Source: Camelus ferus (Eukaryota). From it: a stretch of DNA of 64,000 nt. The DNA lies in NCBI RefSeq assembly GCF_009834535.1, contig NC_045697.1, positions 54,128,001 through 54,192,000 of the forward strand. Reading direction: 5' to 3'. Positions 1 to 12,950 of this stretch are shown in pieces (positions within the stretch are counted from its first letter, which is position 1; each line of letters begins with the position of its first letter). The position numbers were made by a program, and so were the translations under genes. Under the pieces are notes generated by a model. The model saw nothing but the letters and a program-made list of their open reading frames with translations, made no database searches and was not told the DNA's origin.

Positions 1-1464
1 TATTAAAAAATAAATAATATCTGATATATTGTTTTACTATATCATATATAGTAAGTGTATTATATTGTGGAGCTGTTATTTTAAATATATGATTGTGTAT
101 CACACCCCATTGTGATGTAGAACATTTCTTACATGGGTCATGGTCAAAAATATTTTTAAAAACACCCCATTACATAGCCGTAAAGTCTTTTTGAATACTT
201 AAATTCTATGATTTCAAAAAGTTAATAGCTAATTAATATGGAGAATGTTAACCTTCTGAAGGCCTTAGAGAACCACTTAAATTATCCTAGAGTGCTGATT
301 ATTTTTTCCCTAGTCCCTATATCCGGTGTGTCTACAAGTGAGACAGGGATAAGAGATGTTACTGGCAAGTAGGCTTAGAGGCAAGAGGCAAATCAACATG
401 CCACACACTGATGGCGTAATCTGATAAATGTTTTTTAAAAAAGTATAAACAAGGTATTATGGGGGTTCCCAGTCAACCTCATAAAAGCTTCTCTGAGTAT
501 ACAGTGATTGAGTTTTCTTTTTAAAATCAAGTAAGAATTAGCTGTAGGAGAAAGAAGGAGGTATTTCTGGGATGAGAGAACACAGCCCTTGTAAAAACCC
601 AAGACTTGACATACACTCACAAATAGATGCTGGAAGTTATCAAATGAAACTGATTAGTCAGACTATGAAGGGCCTTTTATACCAGATTAAAATCTTTGAA
701 CTTTATTGAAGAGTTGAGTAAAGACTGAAATAAGAGAAAGAAATGATGACATTTGCAATTTAGAAATGTTACAGTAGAACACCAAAGCAGTGTGGTTCTA
801 CTATCTTTTTGGTACAGTTGCAGAACTAAATGAAAGGAGTGCCAAGGAGACCATCTATGGGCATGTTGTTTCTCCTGCCAATAATCAGTGTTCCTTCTCA
901 CATTAGGTGAGACCCTATAGCCTTCCTGCCATTGTGTCTTACACCTTATTTACTCCTGAAGCACAGCAATCCTATCTAAACTTGCATAATATATGGTATA
1001 TACTTCCTCCTTTTGCACTTCTCTGTATGATTATTTGTTTACAATCATGTCTCCTTAGTTAAACAGAGCTGTCTGTATTCCCAGTGACAAACACATTGCT
1101 TGGCCCATTGTAGACTGTTAATAGTCTACAATGTGGTGACTTACATACATCTAAAGTCAAAGAACAGATACTAAGAATGTAGGAAAGGCCAGGAGTAAAC
1201 AAAAATTTCAAATTTGCTTTTCATTATATATTTATTCAAGAAGAGCTATGAGATACTTGAGATATACTAATTCAGAAGGTAAATAAAAAGCTGAACAATA
1301 AAAAGAATTCATTCCAAGAAAACTTACGTTGTTGGTGCTAATGAGGATTTACTGTTGAAGACGGGAAAGCATCAGACACATGCTTATGGAATAGATTTTA
1401 TAGTTGCATTTATTTGGTAATTCAACAAATACTTATGATTTTAGCTTATAGTGTACTAGTGGTA

Positions 1465-1610
1465 CACTATATATACATGCTGTATGTGCATATCTGCATA
1501 CACTATTTACATTATATATACATGATATGTGTTGTGCATATGTATCATGTGTAGATACATACACATACCACATGCACATAAACAAATGCACACATAGACA
1601 CATATATGAA
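1465..1610. repeat. TA/CA/TG-rich low-complexity tract
   Basis: Degenerate runs of tatatacat/gtgtgcat/acacatac. Confidence 0.7.
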
Positions 1611-2579
1611 TGAAACAAACATATTCTCTCCTTTTATGGTGTTCACAATCTAAAAGAGGAGACCGGATAAAGTTGAGGTAAAGGTTTTGTATTTTTTTCC
1701 AATAATTTTCTCTAATCACTTCATTTATCTTATAATTCCTGGATTTGATGATAATGCTGATGATAATAATTGCCAGCTCTTTTAAAAAATAGATTTTCAA
1801 TTCATACGATAACACTCTACAGTCGACTTTTGTGTATATTTAGATAAATGAAAGCTAAATTTGTGAAGTACATTTTGAAAACAATAAATATTGAAAAAAA
1901 ATTCCTATTGTGCTTAAAGAAGCCTTGTAAAGATCTAAATTGGATCTCTCAAAATTATTCAACAAATGTAGGAAGACAACACGGAAACCAATATCTTGAC
2001 CAAGAAGACAAGTCTGTGTTGCATTGGGCAGTTATTTGCAGTAGTCTTTGAAAAGGATATTGTGTCATTGGAATTCTATGGGTTTGGGTTAGAGTAATGG
2101 GTAAATATTTAGGAATGAGAAAGTTTTTCATACTCTTGAATCATGTAATCATTATATGGTCTCATTATTTATTGTAAGGCATTTGAACCTTTAGCATTTC
2201 AGGAAGCTTAATATTCAAAATCCAGCTTCAAAAGCCAATTCAAAGACAAATCAGAAATGTTTGCGTTTGTTGTTTTAGATTCTGTACAATATATTTTCTT
2301 CTAATAGTGTATAAGACTAAACTCTGACTCTTAACTGATTTCCTGTAGTTGCCAGCATTTAAAATGTACTGACTTTTCTTTAAATTATTTTATAAAGTTC
2401 TTAAGACTTTATAATTAATTGTTTATTACTGCTCAGAATTGAAAACAGGGCACTTTGAGTCATTCAACAATTTGTATTATCATTGGGTGAAGAGAGCAGC
2501 CCACATTTTAGGTATTTTATACAAAATAAAAAATGAATTAATCTAAAATATAAATTAGAAAATGTACAGTAGTATGATC

Positions 2580-2662
2580 TACTAGTGGAAACCATATGAA
2601 ATTGCCCTTTTTATAGGTTAAAAATGACTGAATACCAGAAATTTCTTATGGTTAAAATTTGT
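2580..2662. mobile_element. MADE2 mariner-derived MITE (about 80 bp, palindromic)
   Basis: aaccatatgaaattgccctttttataggttaaaaatgactgaataccagaaatttcttatggtt resembles the MADE2 consensus as recalled (AACCATATGAAATTGCC...GGCAATTTCATATGGTT); inverted arms are visible. Confidence 0.8.
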
Positions 2663-5533
2663 CTAATCTATTCCAGGTCTTGTTTTACTTATCCTAGAAT
2701 GTAGTAAATGGAATGACTAAATGCAACTTTAAAAGCTTTTATAAACTATCACGGCAATGTTTGAAAAATCCTTCATACTACCTAAAAAATACTGGCTTAA
2801 ATACTAGAATGTCAAATACTCTTGAGCCACACATCTCCACAGGTGAGATAAAATGAGCAAGTTGGCAAGAATTAAGGTCTGAAAATAGAAAAAGTAAAAT
2901 CTAGTGCAAAACAGAGTGTAAGGTTTGTCTAGAACCTATGGTAAACAAAAAAGGGAAAATAGCCCAGATAATCATTTAATCTACAAAATGTGAAATAGTT
3001 GCCTTAAGTCTTGTATCTCCCCTTCTCACACCTATTGACAAATTTTTGTACTTGCTCTGCCCTGCTTCTTCTCATAATCAACTAAACTTGAATAGGCAGA
3101 AGGACCTAAAGTGAATGAGGCCTTTGTATAATATGGCAGTGTCAAATCATAAGAGAAGCTATACAAAGTAAGAACTGACAGTTGCATCTTTGTTAAATGT
3201 TTTTAAAAATAGATTTAACAATCAAGTCAGTTATGTTACTCCCATACTGAACTCACTGGTACTTTCACACATACTTTCACACTGAACTCATGATTTCAGC
3301 CATATGTATAGACCTGAATAAGTTGTAGGGGCCTGTTAAGGATTGAGCTTGAAATATTAGCATAGATACCACCTTGAAAGGTATCTTAGCTCTCCTGTCT
3401 ACTAAGTCAGTGAGGCATTATGACCCTACTACCTCTTTTCCCTTTTATCATTCATCCTTCCATAGTCATCTTTCTTCTTGGTGGTTACTACCCTCTGTTT
3501 ATACCTTTATTTCTAATCTCAAACTTCAGTTGCTTTAGGTGGTACTGTTCACCATTTCTGTTATTGGTAAGGTAGAGGAAAGATCAATTCATTTTTTCTT
3601 TACTTATGTATCATATCACTTTTAAGAACATATTAACTCATGGGATAAAATGCTTGAGACAAGTACCTTCACCTTTTCACATTTTCAGTTAAGTTAACTC
3701 AAGAAATATGTCCTAAATTTTTTTTTCTCTTTGAAGGAAAGCAGACTTAGATCCCTTGCCTTTTATGACTAATCTTTTTGGGGGCAACTGCTTCTTGCTT
3801 AGGACTGTTCCTATGTTCTTTACCCTTTGGCCCAATAAGAACAGCAAAAATTAAGTGAGTATTTAATATTTCTTTTAAGTTGGTAAAACCATTCATTTCT
3901 CTTTGTTTGAATTTATTTAGCTGGTCAACTGCCATCTCCTTCTCACTGACAACAGCTTTTAAAAGAATATTAAATATTCCTCATAACTGCTCTATGTCAA
4001 TATGGAAGATATGACTTATTAGCCAAGAGCTTACTCATTCACAAATTTATGGACTTCAGATTTTTTAATAGTGTTATGTATATCTATTTGTGTTGTGGGG
4101 ATCTCTTTGTCTTGACTCTCTCAGGACCCTCCATTAGTTGGAAATTTGGATGGCTGATGTAGAGCTGCAGTTTATTATCAAGGGACATAGTAAGGCCAGC
4201 TGTTAGTATATTCTTACCTTACTCGAATAAGCTGAGTCAGGTACTACTGCTGATATTTGTAAGCCAGAGTTCAGATTTAAGCATCAATCTACATTCCCTC
4301 AAATTTAAAAAAAAAAAGTTTAATTCTTCCCAATTTTTTAAGTGGATTAGTAATCAAGAGTACTAATGTGCATATCTCTAAACTAATGAGGATAAAAGTT
4401 ACTCTATACAACATTGTCTTTCTGGAAGTGATCTAATAAATTTTAAATGAGATTAACTTTCATTCAACAGGCTATGTACTAAGATTTGTTCTAGATGCTT
4501 GAAACCGGATTATCTACTTTAATTACATGTTTTCCATTCATTAGAATAAGTGAAATAAACATTATTTAAAATGGATTCTCCATATTAGAATTGTATTTTC
4601 TTTGATTCATGTTGCATTTGCTAATGCTAATGTTACATTTATAATGCATAACTGCTTAATTACATAGGAGAAACTACATGGAAACTAGATTTCAAATGCT
4701 GCAGATATACTTAATGAAATATGACTATTATTATGCATATAGCTATGCAATAAGCTTTTTTTCCCTGGATATAATTCCTTTTCAGAGTTTTCTCTATAGT
4801 CAGATATAATATTATAATAAGTTAATTAATGAATTTTTATGCAAATATAGAAGCAAATCTATTTATGAAAATAAAAGTAGGATCTATCAGCATATGAAAT
4901 TCAACAACAGAACTCTGATCATTCTTACAAAGACAAAATTTGGTACTTACATTGTTTAAGTTATACACACAGTTTGTCAGTTTTCTTTAAAAGCTCAGAA
5001 GATAAAATTTAATCATTCTTTGTAATTTCATAGCTATGAAGTATATCTTTTTAAACTTCTGGGTATTATATGAATTTTCTATGGCAAATAATTATCAATT
5101 AACCACTTAATATATTCCTAGAACTTAAAAAAATTAAAAATAGCTACTTGAAAAAATTATATCTAATGAAATAGCATTTGGGTTGTATATTTTTAGGTCA
5201 TTTGTCAATGATAAGGCAGCTCAGCATTTGAGGGGAAAATTCCAAGAATGAGAAGCTCTAAAATGTCTTCGTATGCAACACTCTAACCTACCCATTACCT
5301 CTTTCACAGATGACCTTTCAGAAATGTGACAGAAAGATTCTGGGGCATGTTAATTTTGTTTATTTAACATGTAGATTATATTGTAGATGAGAACACTGTT
5401 GATCTTCCTTATCTAGGACATTTATATCTTAATCACAGCTCCTCCCTCTGAACTGGATTGCAAAATACCACTGAAATACAGACCTTTACACCAGTCAATC
5501 AAACAGAAAGCTAAGTAAAGAACACTGGCTGCT

Positions 5534-5610
5534 CACTATTTATAATAGACAAGACATGGAAACAACCTAAATGTCCATCAACAGATGACTGGATAAAGAA
5601 GATGTGATAT

Positions 5611-5654
<44 letters not shown>

Positions 5655-6143
5655 GATATTATACTTATATATAATGGGAAATTACTCAGCTATAAAAAAG
5701 AATGAAATAATGCCACTTGCAGCAACATGGATGGACCTGGAGATTATCATAGAGTGAAGTAAGTCAAACAGAGAAAGATAGATATCATATGGTATCACAT
5801 ACGTGGAATCTAAAAAAAAAAAAGAAACACATTCTATTTACAAACCAAAAACAGACTCATGGACATAGAAAACAAACTATGGTTACCAAAGGGGAAAGGA
5901 TGAGGAGAGAGAAATTAAGAGCTTGGGGATTAAGATACACATTACTATATATAAAATAGATAAACAACAAGGACCTACTGTATAGCACAGAGAACTGTAT
6001 TCCGTTTCTTGTGATAACATATAATGAAAGAGAATCTGAAAAGAAAATATAAATATGTATCTGTATGTATAACTGAATCACTTTGCTTTATATCTGAAAC
6101 TAACATTGTAAATCAACTACACTTCAATAAAAAATTTTTAAAA
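5534..6143 (+). mobile_element. 5'-truncated L1 (ORF2 C-terminal end + 3'UTR + A-tail) with 17-bp TSD
   Basis: aagacatggaaacaacctaaatgtccatcaacagatgactggataaagaag ... gcaacatggatggacctggagatt ... caataaaaaattttaaaaaa; flanked by aaagaacactggctgct (5517-5533) and aaagaacactggttgct (6144-6160). Confidence 0.92.
5611..5653. repeat. (ATAG)n tetranucleotide microsatellite, about 10-11 units, inside the L1
   Basis: Pure atagatag... run. Confidence 0.95.
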
Positions 6144-6202
6144 AAAGAACACTGGTTGCTTATTGACTTGACCTTCCCTGATTCCCTACTCTACTGTTTT
6201 CA

Positions 6203-6335
6203 TTTAAAATTTTTATTGAAGTATATACTTGGTTGACAATATTATATTAGTTTCTGATGTACAGCATAGTGATTCAGTATTTTTACAAATTATATCTCAT
6301 TAAAAGTTATTACAAGATAATGGCTATAATTTTCA
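6203..6335 (-). mobile_element. Short L1 3'-end fragment
   Basis: ttttattgaagtata...ttgacaatattatattagtttctgatgtacagcatagtgattcagtattttt is the reverse complement of an L1 3' terminus. Confidence 0.75.
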
Positions 6336-6362
6336 TGGCTGTTAATGCTATTATATATAGTA

Positions 6363-8745
6363 CAGGCATATCTCATTTTATTTCACTTCATTATATTGTG
6401 TTTGGCAGATACCGTTTTACAAATTGAAGCTTTGTGGCAATCTTGATTCTAGCAAGTCTATTGGTGCCATGTTCCAACAGCATTTGCTCACTTCATGTCT
6501 CACTGTCACATTGCTAGTACCCACAATATTTCAAACTTTTCATTATTATTATATGTGTCATGGTGGTTTGTGATCAGTGACCTTGGATGTTACTATTGTA
6601 ATTGTTCTGAGGCACCATGAACTGTGCCCATGTAAGACAGAGAGCTTGGCTGATAAATGCTTTGTGTGTTCTGACTGCTCCATTGACTGGCTGTTTCCCC
6701 TTCTCTCTCCTTTTCCTCAGGCTTCCCTATTCCCTGAAACACAACAATATTGAAATTAGGCCAGTTAGTAACCCTACAATAGCTTCTAAGTATTCAAGTA
6801 AAGGGAAGAGTTGCATGTCTCTCATTTTAAATAAAAAGCTAGAAATAATGAAGCTTAGTGAGGAAGGCATGTCGAAAGCTGAGACATGCTGAAAGCTAGG
6901 CCTCTTACACCAGCTAGCCAAGTTGTGAATGTAAAGGAACAGTTCTTGGAGGAAACTTAAAGTGCTATTCCAGTGAACACACAAACGATAAGAAAGCAAA
7001 ACAGCCTTATCGCTGATACAAAGAAAGCTTTACTGGTCTGGATAGAAGATCAAACCAGCCACAACATTCCCTTAGGCCAAAGTCTAATCCAGGACAAGGC
7101 CCTAACTCTCTTTAATTCTATGAAGGCTGGAGAGAGGTGAGGAAGCTACAGAAGAAAAGTTTGAAGCTAGCAGATGTTGACTTATGAGGTTTAAGAAAAG
7201 AATCTGTCTCTAGAACATAAAGGTGCAGAGTGAAGCAGCAAGTGCTGATGTAGAAGCTGTAGCAGATTACCTAGAGGCTCTAAAATAATTCATGAAGGTG
7301 ACTACACTAAACCACAGATTTTCAATATAGATGCAATTGCCTTATATTGGAACAAGATGCCATCTAGAACTTTCATAGCTAGAGAGAAGTCAATTCCTGA
7401 CTTCAAAGATTCGGAGGACAGACTGAGTCTCTTTTTAGGGACTAATGCAGCTGGTGACTCTAAATTGAAGCCAATGCTCATTAACCATTCCAAAAATTCT
7501 AGAGCCCTTAAGAATCATGCTATATCTTCTCTGTCTGTGCTCTATAAATGAAAGAACAAAGCCGGGGTAACAGCATATCTGTTTACAATATGGTTTACTG
7601 AATATTTTAAGCCCACTGTTGAGATCTACTGCTCAGAAAAAAGATCCCTTTCAAAATATTACTGCTCATTGACAAGGCATCAGTCATTCAAGAGCACTGA
7701 TGAGTAAAATTTATTATTATTAACACATTTTATTTTATTATCATTTATTAACACAGTATCCATTCTTCAGCTCATGGATCAAGGAGTAATTTCAACTTTC
7801 AAGCCTTATTATTTAAGAAATCCATTTTGTAAGGCTATCACTGCCATAGATAGTGATTCCTCTGATAACAAAGTAAATTAAAAACCTTCTGGAAAGGATT
7901 CACCATTCTAGATACTATTAAGAATATTTGTGATTCATGAAAAGAGGTCATAATACCAACATTAATGGGAGCTTTGAAGAACTGATTCCAAACCACATGG
8001 ATCACTTTGAGGGGTTCAAGACCTCACTGGAGGAAGGAACTGCAGATGCGGTGGAAACAGCAAAGAGAACTAGAATCATAAGTGGATCCTGAAGATGTGA
8101 TTGAATTGCGGCAATCTCAGGATAAAACTTTAACAGACGAAGAGTTCCTTTTTATGGAGGGGTAAAGAAAGTGGTTTCTTGACATGGAAACTACACCTGT
8201 TGAAGATGCCATGAAGATTGTTGAAATGACAACAAAGGACTTACAATGTTACACAAACAGGTGATAGAGCAAAGGCAGGGTTTGAGAGGACTGACTCCAG
8301 CTTTGAAAGATCTACTGTGAGTAAAATGCTATCAAACCACATTGCATACTACAGAGAAATCATTTGTCAAAGAAAGAGTCAGTGTGACAAACTTCATTGT
8401 TGTCTTATTTTAAGACATGGCCTCAGCCACCCCAGCCTTCAGCAACCACTACCCTGATCAGTCAGCAGTCATCAATACCAAGGCAAAATGATGTGTCAGC
8501 AAAAAGATTACAACTCACTGAAGGTTAATATGATGGTTAGCATTTTTTAGCAATAAAATATTTTTCAATTAAGATATGTTATTTTTTTCGTCACAATACT
8601 ATTGCATACTTAATAGACTACAGTATAGTGTCAACATAGCTTTCATATGCACTGAGAAACCAAAAAAGTTGTGTGACTTTACTGCGATATTTGCTTTATT
8701 GCAGTCATCTGGAACTGAACCTGTAATATCTCCAAGGTATAACTG
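6363..8745 (+). mobile_element. Full-length Tigger1-family (pogo/Tc1-mariner) DNA transposon, about 2.38 kb
   Basis: Begins TA|CAGGCATATCTC and ends CCAAGGTATAACTG|TA (degenerate TIRs; TA TSD at 6361-6362 and 8746-8747); internal transposase remnants SKYSSKGKSCMSLILNKKLEIMKLSEEGMSKAE and [34 protein letters not shown]. Confidence 0.95.
6779..8540 (+). pseudogene. Decayed Tigger1 transposase ORF
   Basis: Start codon reads ATA at 6779; in-frame stops and frameshifts; ORF-track fragments 6617..6892 and 7357..7551; AT-rich replacement near 7705-7750 in the catalytic region. Confidence 0.85.
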
Positions 8746-8747
8746 TA

Positions 8748-9040
8748 CTGTTTATAATTTCAATATTCATTTGTTCAATGCTAATATATGGAAATGCACG
8801 TTGATTTTCATATGTAATGTGCTATCCTGTGGCCTCTGTAAGTTTACATCATAGTACCTTTCAGATTGATAGAGATTTTCTATATAATATGTTAATAAAG
8901 GCAGTTTATTCCTTTTCATTCTATATGTTCTTAATTTCTTTTTCTTGCTTTACTGAACTGTTTAGGACTTCCAGTATGAATGGAAGTGATGATAGCAGAC
9001 ATCTTTGCTTTGATCCAAATCTTAGGAGAAAGCATTCAGG
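8748..9040 (-). mobile_element. Old L1M ORF2 fragment (apparent host of the Tigger1)
   Basis: ...ttaatttctttttcttgctttactgaactgtttaggacttccagtatgaatggaagtgatgatagcagacatctttgctttgatccaaatcttaggagaaagc is antisense L1 RT region; continues from gttaatgctattatatatag on the left of the Tigger1. Confidence 0.75.
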
Positions 9041-10834
9041 TCAATACTCAAATGTGTGTGTGCTTTGTTAAATATGTAATTTCTAGGTACACAGACTTCT
9101 TTTAAATATCAAAAGTTGCTACAACATCTGATCATTACATTGCCATGACTCTGTTTTTAATAATGAAATGGAAGTGTTTCTGAAACAGACTGAAGTGACA
9201 TTACCCCTTTAATAATTATTCTAAGTCTATAGAATAGGTTTTGAAAGAATGAGTTTTCAATATGTTCAATGTTATTTCAAACTAATAATTTACTGTATCA
9301 GAAATTTTACTAAAATGCTCATCAATGCAATAGTTTTATTACCAGTCTTATTTACCCTTTACACTAGATTTTTAAAAATTTAAATGCAAATGAATGGTGA
9401 CCAAAGCTATGTTGGAAAGGTCTCCCTGTGAAGGAGCCTTTCATGTGTTGTGACTACCACTCATTGGGATTATTCCAGTGCCAACTAAAGGTTGTGATGT
9501 AGGTACTCTATGAACTGCTTCCAGTTAAATTTTTAGAGTTAAAATATATGTCTGTGTAAATTTAGTAGGGCAGTTATTTCCCTTGGATGCTGATTCACTG
9601 TGTTCAACGACAAAAACAATGAGTTTTAAGTCAATGAGACAGAATGTCTTACCTTAAGAAATTCATACTATGCAGCTACGTGTCTCTTGTTTAGCTGTAT
9701 GAATATTTGAAAAATAATTGCAAACAACTTAACGTATCTTTGACACAAATTTGCTGTTCAACCTGATAAACAGGTTTATGTTATAAAATACTGGAAGAGC
9801 AATAAATGATTCTTTATAGGAAGCAACTGTTAAGTTAAATGTTAAGTTCACTTATTCATCAAATAGTTAATTGATGTCTATCATTGTCTGGTATCAATAT
9901 ATTTTAATGGAGGATATGGAAATTAAGCAAATATATATCATAATTTTGGTAATGATTAAATGCAACAAAGACTAATGAAAAAGAATAAAAGGATAGAAAG
10001 TGAGATGGGCTATTTTAATATAATCAGAGAGTCCTTAAAGTGAGACCTGTAAATATCTGGGGAGGACTATTTCAAGCAAATAAGCAAAAGAAGAACTCTT
10101 CAATGCAAAAATGTAGACAAAGTTTTTTAATTATCAGAGTAGAATATTGCCAGGCCAACATAACTGAGAAATAAGATAGCTTGAATTATGTAATTTTTGA
10201 AAATGTAATTATACATATACATAATATCTAGAACTAGGCCACCAAGATAGCTCTCATGCATGTAAATTTAACGTAGTGGTAAGGATGGGACTAAATTATT
10301 TCTTAACTGTTTAAGAAAACAAACTTCTTAATTTAAAAAAAAGTTTATTCAAAGTAAAACTTCAGCAAGATTAGAAGAATTTGACTGAGACTTTCTGAGT
10401 TGGTTTTTATACAAATCAACATGCTTATGCAACTGCAAACCTTTATTCCATTATGGTCTAATTCCTGGGATTATCTGTTATTCCTATTGGCATTTGTAAA
10501 TTCGCAGCAAACAGTATTTCATAAAATATTGACCGGTGCAACCCCAGTTTATTATCTAGAAGCAGTCATCTAGGTTAATTTTCTTTAAAGTATAAGAATA
10601 TAGCTGTATAATATTTAACTTAGTGCATAGTATTAAAAATATAAATATTCTGAAATTTTATTTTCTATAGAGCAAACTTTGTAAAGGGAAGATTTATTAA
10701 TGTACTTAGCACATATTTATGAACTCAGTGAGTGATATAAAGAAGAATGTCACAGTATCTGCTCTTAGAAAATCATAACCTAGGAGAGGATGCAGGTAAT
10801 TAAATAAAGTAGAATGTAGTATATACATACCTAC

Positions 10835-11520
10835 TCAAAAATGTTTATTGAACAACTATTGTATACGGCACTGTGCTAGACACAGGAGCTACAACAATGA
10901 ACAAGATAGGTACTATTCATGCCTTACAAGATTTTCAGCCTAGCAGGGTGAAAAAGACATTAAAATCGATACAAATAATATTTGATTGTTTATTATTAAC
11001 TTAAAGTTGGAGAAGTATAGGACACTATGGAAACAAACGTGCAGTAGGGAGAGCACAACGTGTAATAGAGAACTATTAACCCTGAAGACGTTTGGAAGTA
11101 TGAAAATAGGGATCACTTTTAGCTAGAGATTCAGAAAACTTCCATGGAAACAAAATAGTTGAGTTGGATCTTGAAGGGTGGATAGGATTTGGGTGTGGCG
11201 AAGAGGTAGGAAAGAGTATCACTGATGGAGGCCACAGCTTGAGCAGAGTCATTAAAGTGTGGGAGCATGTTCAAGGGATCAAAGTTAGTCCAGTAGGCAA
11301 ACTACTGGGAACTTTAATGAAAATAGCCATCAACTGGCTGAAAAGGTAGGTTTAGACCTATGAGTGAATGTCTAGCCTTGATTCAGTGGACAGCAGGCAG
11401 CTGAAGACATTTAAGCAAAAGAAACACCATCAGAAAAGGGCTTTCCAAAATATTTCTGTTCACTGGTGTTAGATTGCTGGGGAGAAAAAGTGAAAACAAG
11501 GAGACTAGCTAAGACTCCAC
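10835..11520 (-). mobile_element. L2 LINE 3' fragment
   Basis: atgtttattgaacaactattgtatacggcactgtgctagacacaggagctacaacaatgaacaagatag... followed by purine-rich antisense L2 body. Confidence 0.65.
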
Positions 11521-12724
11521 TGTGATAGTTCAGTTAGGACACACTGAAGTAGGACTTAACCCAAATCTTTGGGTTTATTTTTGGGTTAATTATCAAAGGA
11601 CAAGATATGTAGGACACAGAAATGATTTGAGATTTAGAATCACAGTCCTAAATTTAAATTCTTGTCCCAATTCTTGTCAATCTTACCTTGCCCAAATTAA
11701 TCTAAGTCTTAGTTAATTTTAATAATATGACAAAATTGTTGGATGAATTTGAGATAAAATGTATCAACTGTTCAGCACCATGATTGACGAGGAGAGGTTC
11801 CAAAGTGGAAATCACACAAATATGCTTCCCCGATGATGGCATTTGTGGTACCATTGAATAAATTACAGTTTCAAGTTGATAAATAATAATTATAATACCT
11901 TCCTTTCATTGACTGCTTATTATCTGTCAGGCACTATGCTCAGCACTTAATTTATATTTTCTCATAATACAGTCCAGAATATTAGAGTCATTAATGTCAG
12001 TAAAGCCCCTATTTTTTTAGATATGGAACTGAAAGTTATCAAAAAGTCTTAAAGCTAACAATAAATAGTAGAACCTACTGCCATGGGCAAGTTTTAGGCA
12101 ATCTATTTCATGGCCTCGTAATATAGCAAGCAAGAATGTCTGAGTGGTTATAATAGTCATAAAAATTTTATAAAGAGAAAGTGTTTATTCAGAGAGTCAA
12201 TGTAAGAGAAAGAATAATTTCAGAAATACTGAACTGAGATGAGTGAAAATTGTGATGGCAGATGTGTAAGCTTCAGCTGTAAGAAGCAGACTAGGCAAAC
12301 AAGGTAAAATGAGGAGAAGAGCTGGGTTCTGGGGTTATGGTGCTGGGGTTCAATTATGTCAGCGTCATGCTTAATACAATACAGAATTTATATAGAAACC
12401 ACCTCTAACTGGTGAGCTTCAACCTTAATAAGGCATAAAAGAAAAATGGGATCAAAATGCACAGCGCCTTGATTATTCTGAGGGGGCTTAATACCATGTC
12501 TTTGACAAATGACTGAAGAGTTGTTAGTCTTCATTCCCATCGTTGGACTTCTACTAGAACCATTTTATTTTCAAGGCAAGAAAGTCAGATAAGAGTGGAA
12601 AATATATTCTATTGAAGTGAGAACCAGAATAAAATGGCTACAGAGAAAAAGAGGAAAGACAATTGAATTCAGTTATTCCTGGGAAAACAATGGATTTTTA
12701 TAAAGATCAGTTAGTGGCATTTTA

Positions 12725-12950
12725 ATAACAGCAAAAACCTTTATAGTACTTATGGCATTTTACATACATTATCTCACTTTATTTTCATAAGAAACCTATG
12801 AATTAGATACAATTATATCCATTTCGCTGATTAAAAAAATTAAAGCACAGAGAAGTTACACATCATGCCTAAAGTCACACAGCTGTTAAGCATTACAGTG
12901 GGAATTTAAAAGGGATCAGCTGGACTCCTTAGGGTGCTTTTAATCACTAT
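12725..12950 (-). mobile_element. MIR SINE
   Basis: tttacatacattatctcactttattttcataagaaacctatg...gcacagagaagtta...aaagtcacacagct is antisense MIR core. Confidence 0.7.

Noticed and set aside
60..170. Possible hAT-Charlie terminal fragment (tgggtcatggtcaaaaa...)
   Set aside because: Too short and degraded to assign a family or boundaries with confidence.
3304..3321. ATG TAT AGA CCT GAA TAA (MYRPE*), resembling the MYRP N-terminus of TMPRSS11 paralogues, as a possible exon 1
   Set aside because: No GT donor follows ATGTATAG, a stop comes after five codons, and TMPRSS11F is recalled to begin MMYA; treated as chance.
6617..7551. Tigger-derived ORFs as a domesticated TIGD gene
   Set aside because: Start codon lost, multiple stops and frameshifts, and TIR/TA flanks typical of a neutral fossil copy.
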